From Parachlamydiales bacterium (GTDB taxonomy: Bacteria; Chlamydiota; Chlamydiia; Chlamydiales; CALOCV01), in contig CALOCV010000015.1 of the NCBI GenBank assembly GCA_942491955.1, positions 47,762-111,761 on the forward strand: a stretch of 64,000 nucleotides of DNA. The letters run 5' to 3'. Made by a program: the position numbers and the translations under genes. Numbering within the stretch: the first letter of the stretch is position 1; every line of letters starts with the position of its first letter. Of this stretch, positions 1-8,993 are shown piece by piece. Under the pieces are notes generated by a model. It saw only the letters and a list, made by a program, of their open reading frames with translations, was not told the origin of the DNA and searched no databases.

Positions 1-16
1 TGGAGAAGCATCCCGA

Positions 17-1639
17 TTGGATGCAAATCAATGCCCATATTTCACAAAAGCCCCTCTCCTCTACATGAATGATCTCGACGCCTTCGGCATTTTTGTTGCA
101 CGTGCTATTGAAAGACATGCGCGTCTCGTAATGGAATGGAGAAATGATCCCGTTTCGCGGAAATATTCGTTCCATACGGAAACCATTCCCTGGGAGAGCT
201 TTTGGCCCAGCTATTGTCAAAGCACGCACGCTCTTCCCGATGCTTCCCCTTTCTTTCTTGTGGAACATAGCGTTCCCGTTGCTTTTGTCTCGTTTCGCCC
301 TTTTGACGTCCCCCCTTATTTTCGAAAGGGATGTGAAATTTCTATTATGGTCGATCCGAAGAGGCGAAGAGAGGGTATCGGAACCAAGACGCTTTTTTTT
401 GCGCAAAAATGGCTCAGCCAACAAGGGTATGACGATCTCTATGGCCTCGTTCGAGAAGAGAACGAAGTCTCTCACCATCTTTTTAAAAAGCAAGGAGCTA
501 GGGATCTAGGTGGTGGTGTTCACGTTGTTGAGGAGACTCAGGAGCGCGTAGCCATGCGTACCTATTGTCTTGCCTTAACACCCCCTTCTTTGCGGAAACA
601 GGGGGGTGTCTATGTCGTTGCCGAAATCGGATCCAATTGGTTTGTTCCAGGCTCATCGCCCGAAGAGGAGGAAGAGCGCATTCAACGGCTGATTGATGGC
701 GCTGTGGAAGCCGGGGCCGATGCTGTGAAATTTCAAGTGTTTCGCCCCGAAACGTTATACGCTCCTACAGCGGGATCGGCAAAATATTTGGAAGAGCAAG
801 GAATTTCCGAATCGATGGAAGACCTTTTTTCTATGTTGTCTTTTCCCTATGAAAAAATTCCTCAGGTGGCAAAGTATTGTGAAGAAAGAGGGATCGACTT
901 CTTAGCCACCCCTTTCTCTCCGGAAGATTTTGCTGCTATCGATCCTTATGTGAGAATCCATAAGCTGGCTTCCTATGAAATCGCGCATATCCGTTTATTA
1001 GAGAAGATGGCAGAGTCACAAAAGCCTCTTTTGCTTTCAACGGGAGCTGCAACAGAGGAGGAAATCGCCTGGGCTGTTCAGACTTTTCAAGAGAGAGGAG
1101 GAAAGGGATGCACTCTTCTACAATGCACAGCAAAATATCCCGCCCCTTCTCCAACACTCGATTTGCGCGCGATCCCTTGGTTAAAAAGGCGGTTCGGCCT
1201 CTCTGTTGGGCTTTCCGATCATAGCCGAGATCCTCTGATAGCTCCCTTGGGAGCTGTGGCGTTAGGAGCCACAGTCATTGAAAAGCATTATACACTCGAC
1301 CGGCAGTTGCAAGGTCCCGACCACTCTTTTTCTGTTGAGCTTAAGGAATTGCAGCAGATGGTTTCGGCCATCCGCTCCATGGAGTCGTCACTAGGACCGG
1401 GATGGAAGCGGATCCATGATGAAGAAGAGGAGCTTCGCTCCTTTGCTCGCAGGGGAGTACAGGCCATACAGCCGATTTCTTCTGGCGATGTTTTACAAGA
1501 AGGGGTCAATATTGCAATTTTGCGTCCAGGAGGGCATGTGCTGGGAATCCATCCCCGATACATCGATGTTATGCAGGGGAAGAAGGCTAAGAGGAGCATC
1601 CTTTTAGGGGAAGGCCTTCAAGATGGGGATTGGCAATAA
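17..1639 (+). CDS. Fusion protein: GNAT-type N-acetyltransferase + NeuB/PseI-family nonulosonic (sialic/pseudaminic-type) acid synthase; frame is open back to base 2, so the true 5' end may lie outside the window
   Basis: 540-aa ORF (TTG start in track). N-terminal ~190 aa has a GNAT-like core (ISIMVDPKRRREGIGTKTL). Residues ~195-540 follow the NeuB pattern (VYVVAEIGSNW, GADAVKFQ, LSDHS, C-terminal SAF-like GDVLQEGVNIAILRPG). Confidence 0.8.
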   Translation: MDANQCPYFTKAPLLYMNDLDAFGIFVARAIERHARLVMEWRNDPVSRKYSFHTETIPWESFWPSYCQSTHALPDASPFFLVEHSVPVAFVSFRPFDVPPYFRKGCEISIMVDPKRRREGIGTKTLFFAQKWLSQQGYDDLYGLVREENEVSHHLFKKQGARDLGGGVHVVEETQERVAMRTYCLALTPPSLRKQGGVYVVAEIGSNWFVPGSSPEEEEERIQRLIDGAVEAGADAVKFQVFRPETLYAPTAGSAKYLEEQGISESMEDLFSMLSFPYEKIPQVAKYCEERGIDFLATPFSPEDFAAIDPYVRIHKLASYEIAHIRLLEKMAESQKPLLLSTGAATEEEIAWAVQTFQERGGKGCTLLQCTAKYPAPSPTLDLRAIPWLKRRFGLSVGLSDHSRDPLIAPLGAVALGATVIEKHYTLDRQLQGPDHSFSVELKELQQMVSAIRSMESSLGPGWKRIHDEEEELRSFARRGVQAIQPISSGDVLQEGVNIAILRPGGHVLGIHPRYIDVMQGKKAKRSILLGEGLQDGDWQ

Positions 1640-1711
1640 ACGCGATGTGCGGTTTTTTTCATGGCAATCGCACTCCACATGATACATGAAAATTCGCACA
1701 TCGCGTCAATA

Positions 1712-1873
1712 ATACCAATTCCGGTAAGAAAATGCATAAAGTGGATTCAGGATTTTTTTGCGAAATTTGTTTTGGAGATCGCAGCAAACTCTTGTGAGTT
1801 TGCAAGATAGAAAAACAGATTGCGCAAAGAAAGATGAAGATCAATTTGTGCACTTTCTTACCGGAATTGGTAT
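1712..1873 (+). mobile_element. MITE-1 copy A (162-bp non-autonomous element)
   Basis: Terminal inverted repeats ataccaattccggtaagaaa / tttcttaccggaattggtat. Central perfect hairpin gcaaactc-ttgt-gagtttgc. Near-identical copies at 15497-15658 (inverted), 36137-36791 (split) and 54568-54729. Confidence 0.85.
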
Positions 1874-1893
1874 AACCACATTTTTACCGTCGT

Positions 1894-3282
1894 TTACGTC
1901 TTTTCCCTTTTGCGAGGCAGTGCCATGGAAAGAGCTTCCTGAAGATGGTCAACGGGAAGAAGGGCGATTTTTTTGTGGAGAGCAGGGGAGAGATTCTTGA
2001 TCCCTTTTTTTGGGAGGATACATTGCTGAAAACCGAGGTGAATCGCTTCTTTAATGCGCGTTTCGATGCGCGTTACGGGGCGGATTTCTCCGCTAAGGCC
2101 AACCTCGCCAATAAAAAGTGTATGGGGATCAAGGGGTTGGTTATGGAGCGACGAGGCAATCGATAGAGACAAGCCGAGATCAGTAGCAGGTTCCGTGATG
2201 CGGATACCACCGACAACAGAAACGAAGACGTCGCATCGTTGAAGGGGGTAACCCGCTCTTTTTTCGAGGACAGCAAGCAAGAGAGCCAAGCGGTTGGGAT
2301 CGATACCAGCGCTCCTTCGAGAAGGAGTCGCATAGGCCGTTTCCGCAATGAGCGATTGGATTTCGATGAGCAAAGCTCGAGAACCTTCGAGCGTCGGGAT
2401 GATGGCTGAGCCAATCTGGTGGAGTTGTCTCTCTTGTAAAAAAAGAAGGGAGGGATTGGGGATTTCGACAAGCCCCTTTTCCGTCATCGAGAAAATGGCA
2501 ACCTCATCAGTGGGACCAAAGCGATTTTTGACGACGCGGATCATACGGAAAGGGTGCTGCTTATCTCCTTCGAAATAGAGGACGGTATCGACGAGGTGTT
2601 CTAGAACACGAGGGCCGGCGATCTCTCCCGCTTTGGTAACATGACCGATAAGGAAAGTGGTCATTTGAAGACCTTTGGCCAAATGCATCAACTCAGTGGT
2701 GATTTCGCGCACTTGAGAGATGGAACCGGGAGAAGAGGGGAGATCGCTTTTATAAAGGACCTGAATTGAGTCGGCAATGAGGATATCAGGTCGAAGTTTT
2801 TCAATGTGGTGGCGGATGGCTGAGAAATGTGTTTCTGAAAGGAGATAGAGAGAGGGTGAGTCAATCCCAAGGCGCTTGGCACGAAGAGAGGTTTGTTCGG
2901 CAGACTCCTCTCCACATATGTAGAGGACCGTCAAACCTTGCGAAGAAAAAGAGTGAGAGAGTTGAAGAAGAAGGGTTGACTTTCCAATGCCGGGGTCTCC
3001 TCCGACAAGATTTAAAGAGCCTGGGGTAGTGCCTCCACCAAGAAGACGGTCCCATTCAGGAATCGTTGTTTTTACGCGCTGAAGAGATTCAACGGGAATC
3101 TCTTTGATTAGGAGAGGACGGGATTCTTTTTTTAATGAGGAGGTAAAGCGAGATGGAGGCGGGGGAGCTTCACTTTCTTCTTGCAGAGTATTCCACTCGT
3201 GACAAGAAGAACATTGTCCCACCCATTTTTGATGCTGTCCGCCACAGGAAGTGCACGACCAAATGGTTTTTACTTTACCCAT
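1894..3282 (-). CDS. radA: DNA repair protein RadA/Sms
   Basis: 462 aa. N-terminal zinc finger CTSCGGQHQKWVGQCSSCHEW, Walker A GGDPGIGKST, KNRFG motif, Lon-protease-like C-terminal domain. Confidence 0.95.
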   Translation of the reverse strand: MGKVKTIWSCTSCGGQHQKWVGQCSSCHEWNTLQEESEAPPPPSRFTSSLKKESRPLLIKEIPVESLQRVKTTIPEWDRLLGGGTTPGSLNLVGGDPGIGKSTLLLQLSHSFSSQGLTVLYICGEESAEQTSLRAKRLGIDSPSLYLLSETHFSAIRHHIEKLRPDILIADSIQVLYKSDLPSSPGSISQVREITTELMHLAKGLQMTTFLIGHVTKAGEIAGPRVLEHLVDTVLYFEGDKQHPFRMIRVVKNRFGPTDEVAIFSMTEKGLVEIPNPSLLFLQERQLHQIGSAIIPTLEGSRALLIEIQSLIAETAYATPSRRSAGIDPNRLALLLAVLEKRAGYPLQRCDVFVSVVGGIRITEPATDLGLSLSIASSLHNQPLDPHTLFIGEVGLSGEIRPVTRIETRIKEAIHLGFQQCILPKKGIKNLSPALHKKIALLPVDHLQEALSMALPRKREKT

Positions 3283-3992
3283 AATCCTTCATTCTGAAGC
3301 TGTTGTATTGCATCACAAGCAGCGGCCTGCTGGGCTTCCTTTTTCGAAGAGCCAACACCTGTGCCAAGAAGCTCTTGGTTTTTATAGACGCCAATGCGGA
3401 AGTCTTTTTTGTGGTCAGGGCCATTGGTTTCTAGGTTCTCGTAATGCGGGGTCATCTGGTAGTTTTTTTGGCACCAATCTTGAAGAGTTGTTTTCCAATT
3501 CGAGGTGGGTTGAGAGAGCAGTTTTTCCATGGTTTCAGAGAAATGGGATGTGAGAAATTGGCGAACGGTGGAAAGATCTCCATCAAGGAGGAGGGCTCCT
3601 ATAAGAGCTTCAAAGAAATCGGCGAGAATCGAATCTCTCCCTCTTCCTTCATTTCTTTGCTCACCTTTGCCAAGAAGGAGGTATTTTCCTAAATCGAGTT
3701 GCTTGACGTAATGCGCACAGGCCGCAGCAGAAACAAGGGTGGCGCGCATCGTTGAGAGATCTCCCTCAGGTGTTGTTGGGTGCTTGAGATAGAGTTCCTC
3801 AGCAATAAGGAAACCAAGGACGGCATCGCCCAAAAACTCGAGACGTTCATTGTAGTTGTCAAGTAGATCGTTTTCGTTAGCAAAAGAGCGATGAATGAAT
3901 GCAAGGGCGAGCAGGTCGGGGTTTTTAAATGTGTACCCGACTTTTTTTTGTATGGTTTCAAGATTTTCTAAAAGGGGACTTGGAATGTTCAT
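3270..3992 (-). CDS. rnc: Ribonuclease III
   Basis: 240 aa. RNase III signature ERLEFLGDAVLG and C-terminal dsRNA-binding domain (GSSKKEAQQAAA). Overlaps the radA start by 13 nt (operon). Confidence 0.95.
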   Translation of the reverse strand: MNIPSPLLENLETIQKKVGYTFKNPDLLALAFIHRSFANENDLLDNYNERLEFLGDAVLGFLIAEELYLKHPTTPEGDLSTMRATLVSAAACAHYVKQLDLGKYLLLGKGEQRNEGRGRDSILADFFEALIGALLLDGDLSTVRQFLTSHFSETMEKLLSQPTSNWKTTLQDWCQKNYQMTPHYENLETNGPDHKKDFRIGVYKNQELLGTGVGSSKKEAQQAAACDAIQQLQNEGLWVK

Positions 3993-4003
3993 GGGTAAGA
4001 ATC

Positions 4004-5047
4004 CTACCCATTTTGGGATTTTCCAGAAAGCCTCTTTAATCGACTATTGAGGGAGTAGTAACTCCATCGTTCTGAACCATCGGGACACAACCAAAACTTC
4101 TTCCAGGTGCGGGTGATGAGATTTGAAGCCTTTGTAAGCTTTCTTCTGTTTTTTTGCTTTTCCCATTCAAGTAGAGTCTTTGCACCCTCTTTTACATTTG
4201 GTTTCCAATTCCACGCTTTTAAATCGGCTTTTTTGTTGAGAGAGCCGTTGAGGATAGGGCTAAATACCGAAGTAGCGATCAGTACGATGATTTCAATGGG
4301 GGTGACTATAGATAAGAGACCGGGGAAAAAGAGGAATGGAGTAAATACATAGTTCGCAATGTCCAACACGGTTTGTTTCCAGACGGAATTTTGGCGAATG
4401 TGTGCCAAATTTTTCAGAATGACAAATTTCCGTTGTGCACCATATTGTTTTGGTTCTATAGCAGAAGGAATTCCTTTTTTCTGTGCGAAAGTAGGGGAGA
4501 GCCATTCAAAGCGGAGGGAGATAATAGAGGAACAATGCTTTCCATGGCTGCCTCGGAAAGAGCCTTCGATAGGGTCTTTTTTGGAAAGGAAGAGCTCTGG
4601 TGTGTGATGCAGGCCAATTTTTCTGTTCCATTTCATTATTTTGGTCGCGAGGGTCGTTTGATTCTCTTTTACTTCGGCAATGATGCGGTCGATCTCTTCG
4701 GGAGAGAGGTTATACTTCTGTTTTTTGGCTTCAAGGGATAGGCGAAAGTATTTGATGCTGGCATCGGGAAGTGGATGGAACAATCGGAAAAAAGGGCTTT
4801 TTTTGGGTGCAACTGCTTGCAGAATGTGCATGGCAACGAAGAAGGCAGAAAGAGAAGAAGAAACAACATTACCCCAAGAAAACTGGGGACGGTAGTGAAT
4901 GGATGAGATGAAAGTGCGTAGAGATTCCATAAAGAAAGAATTAAAACATTTTGTTGGATTTAATGCAAGAAGGGGTTCTAAAAGTGTGGTAGGGTCCAGC
5001 AAGATTTTTGATGTTTTTCGCGGCCTTCGCCTTGCAATAATAGACAT
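4004..5047 (-). CDS. Hypothetical lineage-specific protein with one long (~40 aa) hydrophobic block (possible Inc-like membrane protein)
   Basis: 347-aa ORF with no catalytic motif recognised. Hydrophobic stretch VFTPFLFFPGLLSIVTPIEIIVLIATSVFSPIL. Confidence 0.5.
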   Translation of the reverse strand: MSIIARRRPRKTSKILLDPTTLLEPLLALNPTKCFNSFFMESLRTFISSIHYRPQFSWGNVVSSSLSAFFVAMHILQAVAPKKSPFFRLFHPLPDASIKYFRLSLEAKKQKYNLSPEEIDRIIAEVKENQTTLATKIMKWNRKIGLHHTPELFLSKKDPIEGSFRGSHGKHCSSIISLRFEWLSPTFAQKKGIPSAIEPKQYGAQRKFVILKNLAHIRQNSVWKQTVLDIANYVFTPFLFFPGLLSIVTPIEIIVLIATSVFSPILNGSLNKKADLKAWNWKPNVKEGAKTLLEWEKQKNRRKLTKASNLITRTWKKFWLCPDGSERWSYYSLNSRLKRLSGKSQNG

Positions 5048-5070
5048 TTTGCATCATTCATTTCCTTACA

Positions 5071-5652
5071 CTACGCGATTCGAATGGAGACGATCTTTTG
5101 CTCTTCAAGAGGTTTGTGCGATTCGTTCACAGGGACGCTTTCAATTTGGTGCACGACGTCCAATCCTTTGACGACCTCACCAAAGATGGTGTGCCGGAGA
5201 TCAAGCCAGGGTGTGGATGTTGTGGTAATAAAAAATTGGCTTCGATTGGTATTCGGGCCGGCATTGGCCATGGCCAAAAGACCAGGCTCGGTAAAACGAA
5301 CGTCAGGTGTGCATTCGTCCTCAAAAGATTCTTTCCAGATCGACTCACCACCAAAACCCGTTCCTGTTGGGTCGCCTCCTTGGATCATGAAATCTTGGAT
5401 GACGCGATGGAAGATGACTCCGTCATAGTAGTGATTTTTAGCGTGCTTGAGGAAATTTTCACACGCCTTGGGAGCGATATCAGGACGAAGTCGAATATGG
5501 ATTTCCCCTTGCGTTGTTTCAAAAATAGCCAAGGGAAAGGTTTCTTTATCCTCTTCTGTCGAGTAATGCGCAACAAGAGGAAGAAGGGGGAGAAGAGAAA
5601 ATACCGTGACGCTAGATACTTTGGGAAGCGTATCGAAAAAAAGAGACAACAT
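5071..5652 (-). CDS. Cyclophilin-type peptidyl-prolyl cis-trans isomerase with N-terminal signal/anchor
   Basis: FHRVIQDFMIQGGDPTGTG and SQFFITT motifs. Hydrophobic N-terminus SSVTVFSLLPLLPLVA. Confidence 0.9.
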   Translation of the reverse strand: MLSLFFDTLPKVSSVTVFSLLPLLPLVAHYSTEEDKETFPLAIFETTQGEIHIRLRPDIAPKACENFLKHAKNHYYDGVIFHRVIQDFMIQGGDPTGTGFGGESIWKESFEDECTPDVRFTEPGLLAMANAGPNTNRSQFFITTTSTPWLDLRHTIFGEVVKGLDVVHQIESVPVNESHKPLEEQKIVSIRIA

Positions 5653-5675
5653 AAAAATTCCTTTTTAATCCATTT

Positions 5676-5823
5676 ATACCAATTTCAATACACAAGCACA
5701 CAAATTGATCCGCATATTTCTTGCTAAATCTATTTTTCTATCTTGCAAACTCACAAGAATTTACATCGTTCTCCAAAAACAATTTTTAATTCAATTTGTG
5801 TCTTTATTTTTTTCCATTGGTAC
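5676..5823 (-). mobile_element. MITE-1 divergent copy
   Basis: Shares the core ttttctatcttgcaaactcacaaga and flanking blocks (cacaaattgatc..., ctccaaaaacaattt) with MITE-1. Termini are degenerate (ataccaatttcaat ... ccattggtac). Confidence 0.6.
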
Positions 5824-6299
5824 CAATCTAAAAGATCCGAGCATATTTCGCAACATTAAGTTGTTTGGGTATATCTCCCTTTACGGAGATGTGGACAAAG
5901 CATGAACCTGTCCACAAAGTGCTTCGGCTATTATAGGAAATACGACAAGTTATCGGGGTCTTTAGAACCTGTTTAAAATCTTTCTAATCCTGTATAAACA
6001 ATTATTTTCCAAGACAATTGTAGGTATTTTATGCCCCATTGCTATCCTAGCGATATGGATCGTGAACAGTTTAACAAAATTAAACCTCTTCTGGAATCTG
6101 CAAGAGAAAAAAACACGTCCTAGAGCGGTCGACTTATATGATGTAATTTGTGGCATTTCATATGTTTGAAAAACCAGTTTACATATGGTCATCCTTGCTT
6201 TTGTCGTTTTATTCGTAAAACAGTTTTGAACGAGTTTTTAGAAAATAAACTACCACAGAGCCCACAGAGAACACAGAGGGAGGACATATAGATTGTTTA

Positions 6300-6494
6300 G
6301 TGCATCCAGAAATGTCTGAAGAAGTTGTAGAGGATCAGGTAATTATAGAAATTAAATCTGTGAATGGAATAGCTCTAATACACGAAGCACAACGACTATC
6401 TTATTTAAAGCTCTATGGAACTTGTGCTCGAGGATTGCTGATCAATTTTAATGTGAAACGATTGGTAGAAGGCATTCGTCGAATGAAAATATAA
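6300..6494 (+). pseudogene. C-terminal fragment of a GxxExxY-family (PD-(D/E)XK-like) protein carried inside an inverted-repeat module (6197-6566)
   Basis: VEDQVIIEIKSVNGIALIHEAQRLSYLKLYGTCARGLLINFNVKRL matches the C-terminal half of the family; the N-terminal half is absent. Flanked by ~33-bp inverted repeats ctaccacagagcccacagagaacacagagggagg (6250-6282) / ccctctctctgtgctctctgtgggctctgtggtag (6495-6539). Confidence 0.6.
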
Positions 6495-6571
6495 CCCTCT
6501 CTCTGTGCTCTCTGTGGGCTCTGTGGTAGTTTTTATTGCTGAGATATGTCAACCAAGTTTCTTAAGAACCT

Positions 6572-7114
6572 GTGAGAAAGTTTAAAAAAAAAATGGTTGG
6601 AGAGGTCCGACAAAACAATGGTCGGAAAGAGAAAACCAGTTTTATAATAATTGATGCGCAAAGCGTTAAAAATACCGATACAGCTGAGAGTAAAGGGTAT
6701 GATGCAGGAAAAAAAATTTCAGGGATAAAACGACACATCGCTGTAGACACCCAAGGATTACCTCATGCAATTCATATAACTACAGCAAATATTACAGATA
6801 GGAAAGGAGCGCTAGAAGCATGTTCATTGAAGAAGAGTTTTTTATCTGAAGTAAAAAACGTTTTAGGTGATGGAGGATACTCTGGAGAACCATTTTCAGA
6901 TGGTATTCAAGAGATATTGGGTTGTCCAGTAGAAATAGCCAAGAGAAATGAATTGCATACTTTTAAAGTGATTCCCAAAAGATGGGTTGTGGAACGTTCT
7001 TTTAGCTGGCTTGAAAAGTGTAGAAGATTATGGAAAAACTGTGAAAGAAAGCTAAATACTAGCTTAACTATGGTAGTCTTAGCATTTGTAGTTCTTCTTT
7101 TAAAAAGATTTTAA
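6572..7114 (+). CDS. IS5-family (IS427-like) transposase DDE ORF (orfB) of the deleted IS copy; probably non-functional without orfA
   Basis: 180 aa, near-identical to 45455-45976 (IIDAQSVKNTD...DGGYSGEPF...RWVVERSFSWL). Confidence 0.8.
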   Translation: MRKFKKKMVGEVRQNNGRKEKTSFIIIDAQSVKNTDTAESKGYDAGKKISGIKRHIAVDTQGLPHAIHITTANITDRKGALEACSLKKSFLSEVKNVLGDGGYSGEPFSDGIQEILGCPVEIAKRNELHTFKVIPKRWVVERSFSWLEKCRRLWKNCERKLNTSLTMVVLAFVVLLLKRF

Positions 7115-7153
7115 ACAGGTTCTAAGCAAGGCAAATTGTAGGGGATTGTATCA

Positions 7154-7384
7154 ATGAAAATATTTTATAATATAACCTCTCCAAAAGACTCAATTGTCGA
7201 GAAAATGATCAAAAGGGGAACGGCTCAATGGCGCTATGGTGCACGGCATGTTGGTCTTGCAATCCAAAATCACCACCCTTTCTCTCTTTTTGATAGAATC
7301 CAACACCTGGTTCTTGGGGTTCTTGAGTGCATTCCTTTGATCGGTCTCGGCGTAGTGATTGCTGATTATGTTGTAAATCGATGA
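7154..7384 (+). CDS. Hypothetical small protein with C-terminal hydrophobic helix
   Basis: 76-aa ORF between IS debris. No recognisable family. Confidence 0.3.
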   Translation: MKIFYNITSPKDSIVEKMIKRGTAQWRYGARHVGLAIQNHHPFSLFDRIQHLVLGVLECIPLIGLGVVIADYVVNR

Positions 7385-7420
7385 ATAGTCATGGAGTTGC
7401 AGCGAGTATTCTTAAACAAG

Positions 7421-7790
7421 GCTTTTGTCGTTTTATTCGTAAAACAGTTTTGAACGAGTTTTTAGAAAATAAACTACCACAGAGCCCACAGAGAACACAG
7501 AGGGAGGACATATAGATTGTTTAGTGCATCCAGAAATGTCTGAAGAAGTTGTAGAGGATCAAGTAATTATAGAAATTAAATCTGTGAATGGAATAGCTCC
7601 AATACACGAAGCACAACGACTATCTTATTTAAAGCTCTAAGGAGCTTGTGCCCGAGGATTGCTTATCAATTTTAATGTGAAACGATTGGTAGAAGGCATT
7701 CGTCGAATGAAAATATAACCCTCTCTCTGTGCTCTCTGTGGGCTCTGTGGTAGTTTTTATTGCTGAGATATGTCAACCAAGTTTCTTAAG
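7421..7790 (+). repeat. GxxExxY module copy 2 (fragment ORF now carries an internal stop)
   Basis: Collinear with 6197-6566 and 44756-45124, including both 33-bp inverted repeats. TAT->TAA at aagctctaagg. Followed at 7815-7833 by an isolated IS right-end-like sequence gattttgaacaggttc. Confidence 0.7.
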
Positions 7791-7817
7791 TAAAGCAAAT
7801 TGTAGGGGATTGTTCAT

Positions 7818-8303
7818 TTAAAAGATTTTGAACAGGTTCTGAGTGCATCGTTTATCGAGTTGGATTTTTGGCAAAAGTTTGTGGAATAAGGGAGATAAAG
7901 TAAAAATTCTTTTAATATATGTGCCAATTTTTTGGGTTTTGGTAGCTTTTTTTAAGGTTTCGTCGCCCCATTTATTGAGTTGAGAGAGCTGATAGGCAAC
8001 GCGTTTTCCCGTTTCTATCTGTTCTGCACAATCGTATGGTGTCCAATTTTCAAATTTTTGTGTTTTACAACGAGCCGATTTCAGAGTTTTTTCTTGGAGA
8101 TGGCGCCAAGTAAAAATGAGTTTTGTCAGAGAGACGGAATCCCCCTCCTTCGGTTTTTCTTTTGCGAGTGTGAATCTTCGTCCTCCTCGCTTGCCAATGC
8201 TGGGGGAGAGTTGTATCACGAGTTGTTCAAATTCTACAAAATTTCTACAAGATGTGAGTTGAGAAGAGAGAGATTTTGCGGTCATAAATTCTTTTATATG
8301 CAA
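7818..8303 (-). CDS. Hypothetical protein
   Basis: 161-aa ORF with no recognisable motifs. Confidence 0.4.
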   Translation of the reverse strand: MHIKEFMTAKSLSSQLTSCRNFVEFEQLVIQLSPSIGKRGGRRFTLAKEKPKEGDSVSLTKLIFTWRHLQEKTLKSARCKTQKFENWTPYDCAEQIETGKRVAYQLSQLNKWGDETLKKATKTQKIGTYIKRIFTLSPLFHKLLPKIQLDKRCTQNLFKIF

Positions 8304-8367
8304 TAATGGGGTTGTTTTGGAGAATAGCTTAGGAAATTTGTATTTAAAAAGAAAGTTTTAATGGATT

Positions 8368-8949
8368 ATGGAGCCTTTTTTGACCAAACAAACGAAACAG
8401 TATTGGGCCCGCCTTATCTTTGAAAAGGCGCTCAATGCCTTGATTTTTTATTTTGGTTGGGTTCTTTGTATCTTTTTTGCTGCAAGTCACGAACCGTGGT
8501 GGGGCATTGGCATAACTAGTATTTTCCTTTTTTTTCACTGCTTGATGACGAGGACATTAAAAAAAGATCTGATTCTTATAGGAGTCTTTGTTATTCTCGG
8601 CTTTTTTGTCGACTCCCTTTATTCCATCACGGGCGTTGTCGCCTATGAATCGCCTAACCCCTTCTCTCCTCATTGGGCTCCATTCTGGATACTAACGATT
8701 TGGGCTGTTTTTGCCGTTTCCATCAACCATTCAATGTGGTGGTTAAAAAAACGTTATTTTCTTGCCGCTCTATTGGGGGCTTGGGGAGGTGTAGCCAGTT
8801 ATGTTGCAGGGGAGAGGTTGGGAGCTGCTCATTTTCCCGAATCGTATCTGAAGAGTGTTTTGGTAATCGGTGGTGTTTGGTTTTTTCTTTTACCGCTGTT
8901 GATGACTTTTTCTGTTTGGCTCGATCAACGCTTTCCTGATAAATACTGA
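8368..8949 (+). CDS. Integral membrane protein (about 5 TM), function unknown
   Basis: 193 aa with repeated hydrophobic helices. Family assignment not possible by eye. Confidence 0.6.
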   Translation: MEPFLTKQTKQYWARLIFEKALNALIFYFGWVLCIFFAASHEPWWGIGITSIFLFFHCLMTRTLKKDLILIGVFVILGFFVDSLYSITGVVAYESPNPFSPHWAPFWILTIWAVFAVSINHSMWWLKKRYFLAALLGAWGGVASYVAGERLGAAHFPESYLKSVLVIGGVWFFLLPLLMTFSVWLDQRFPDKY

Positions 8950-8993
8950 AACAGCTACAATTTTCTCAAATTTTTTTCTGAGTTGTATCGATC

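Larger units (their letters stand above)
5965..7122 (+). mobile_element. Composite decayed IS: left-end fragment of a second IS5-family variant + GxxExxY module + internally deleted IS5-family element
   Basis: Bounded by gaacctgtttaaaatc (5965) and gattttaaacaggttc (7122). Same architecture as 44525-45984, but about 300 bp (orfA region) is deleted at the junction ...cttaagaacctgt|gagaaagttt. Confidence 0.75.
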
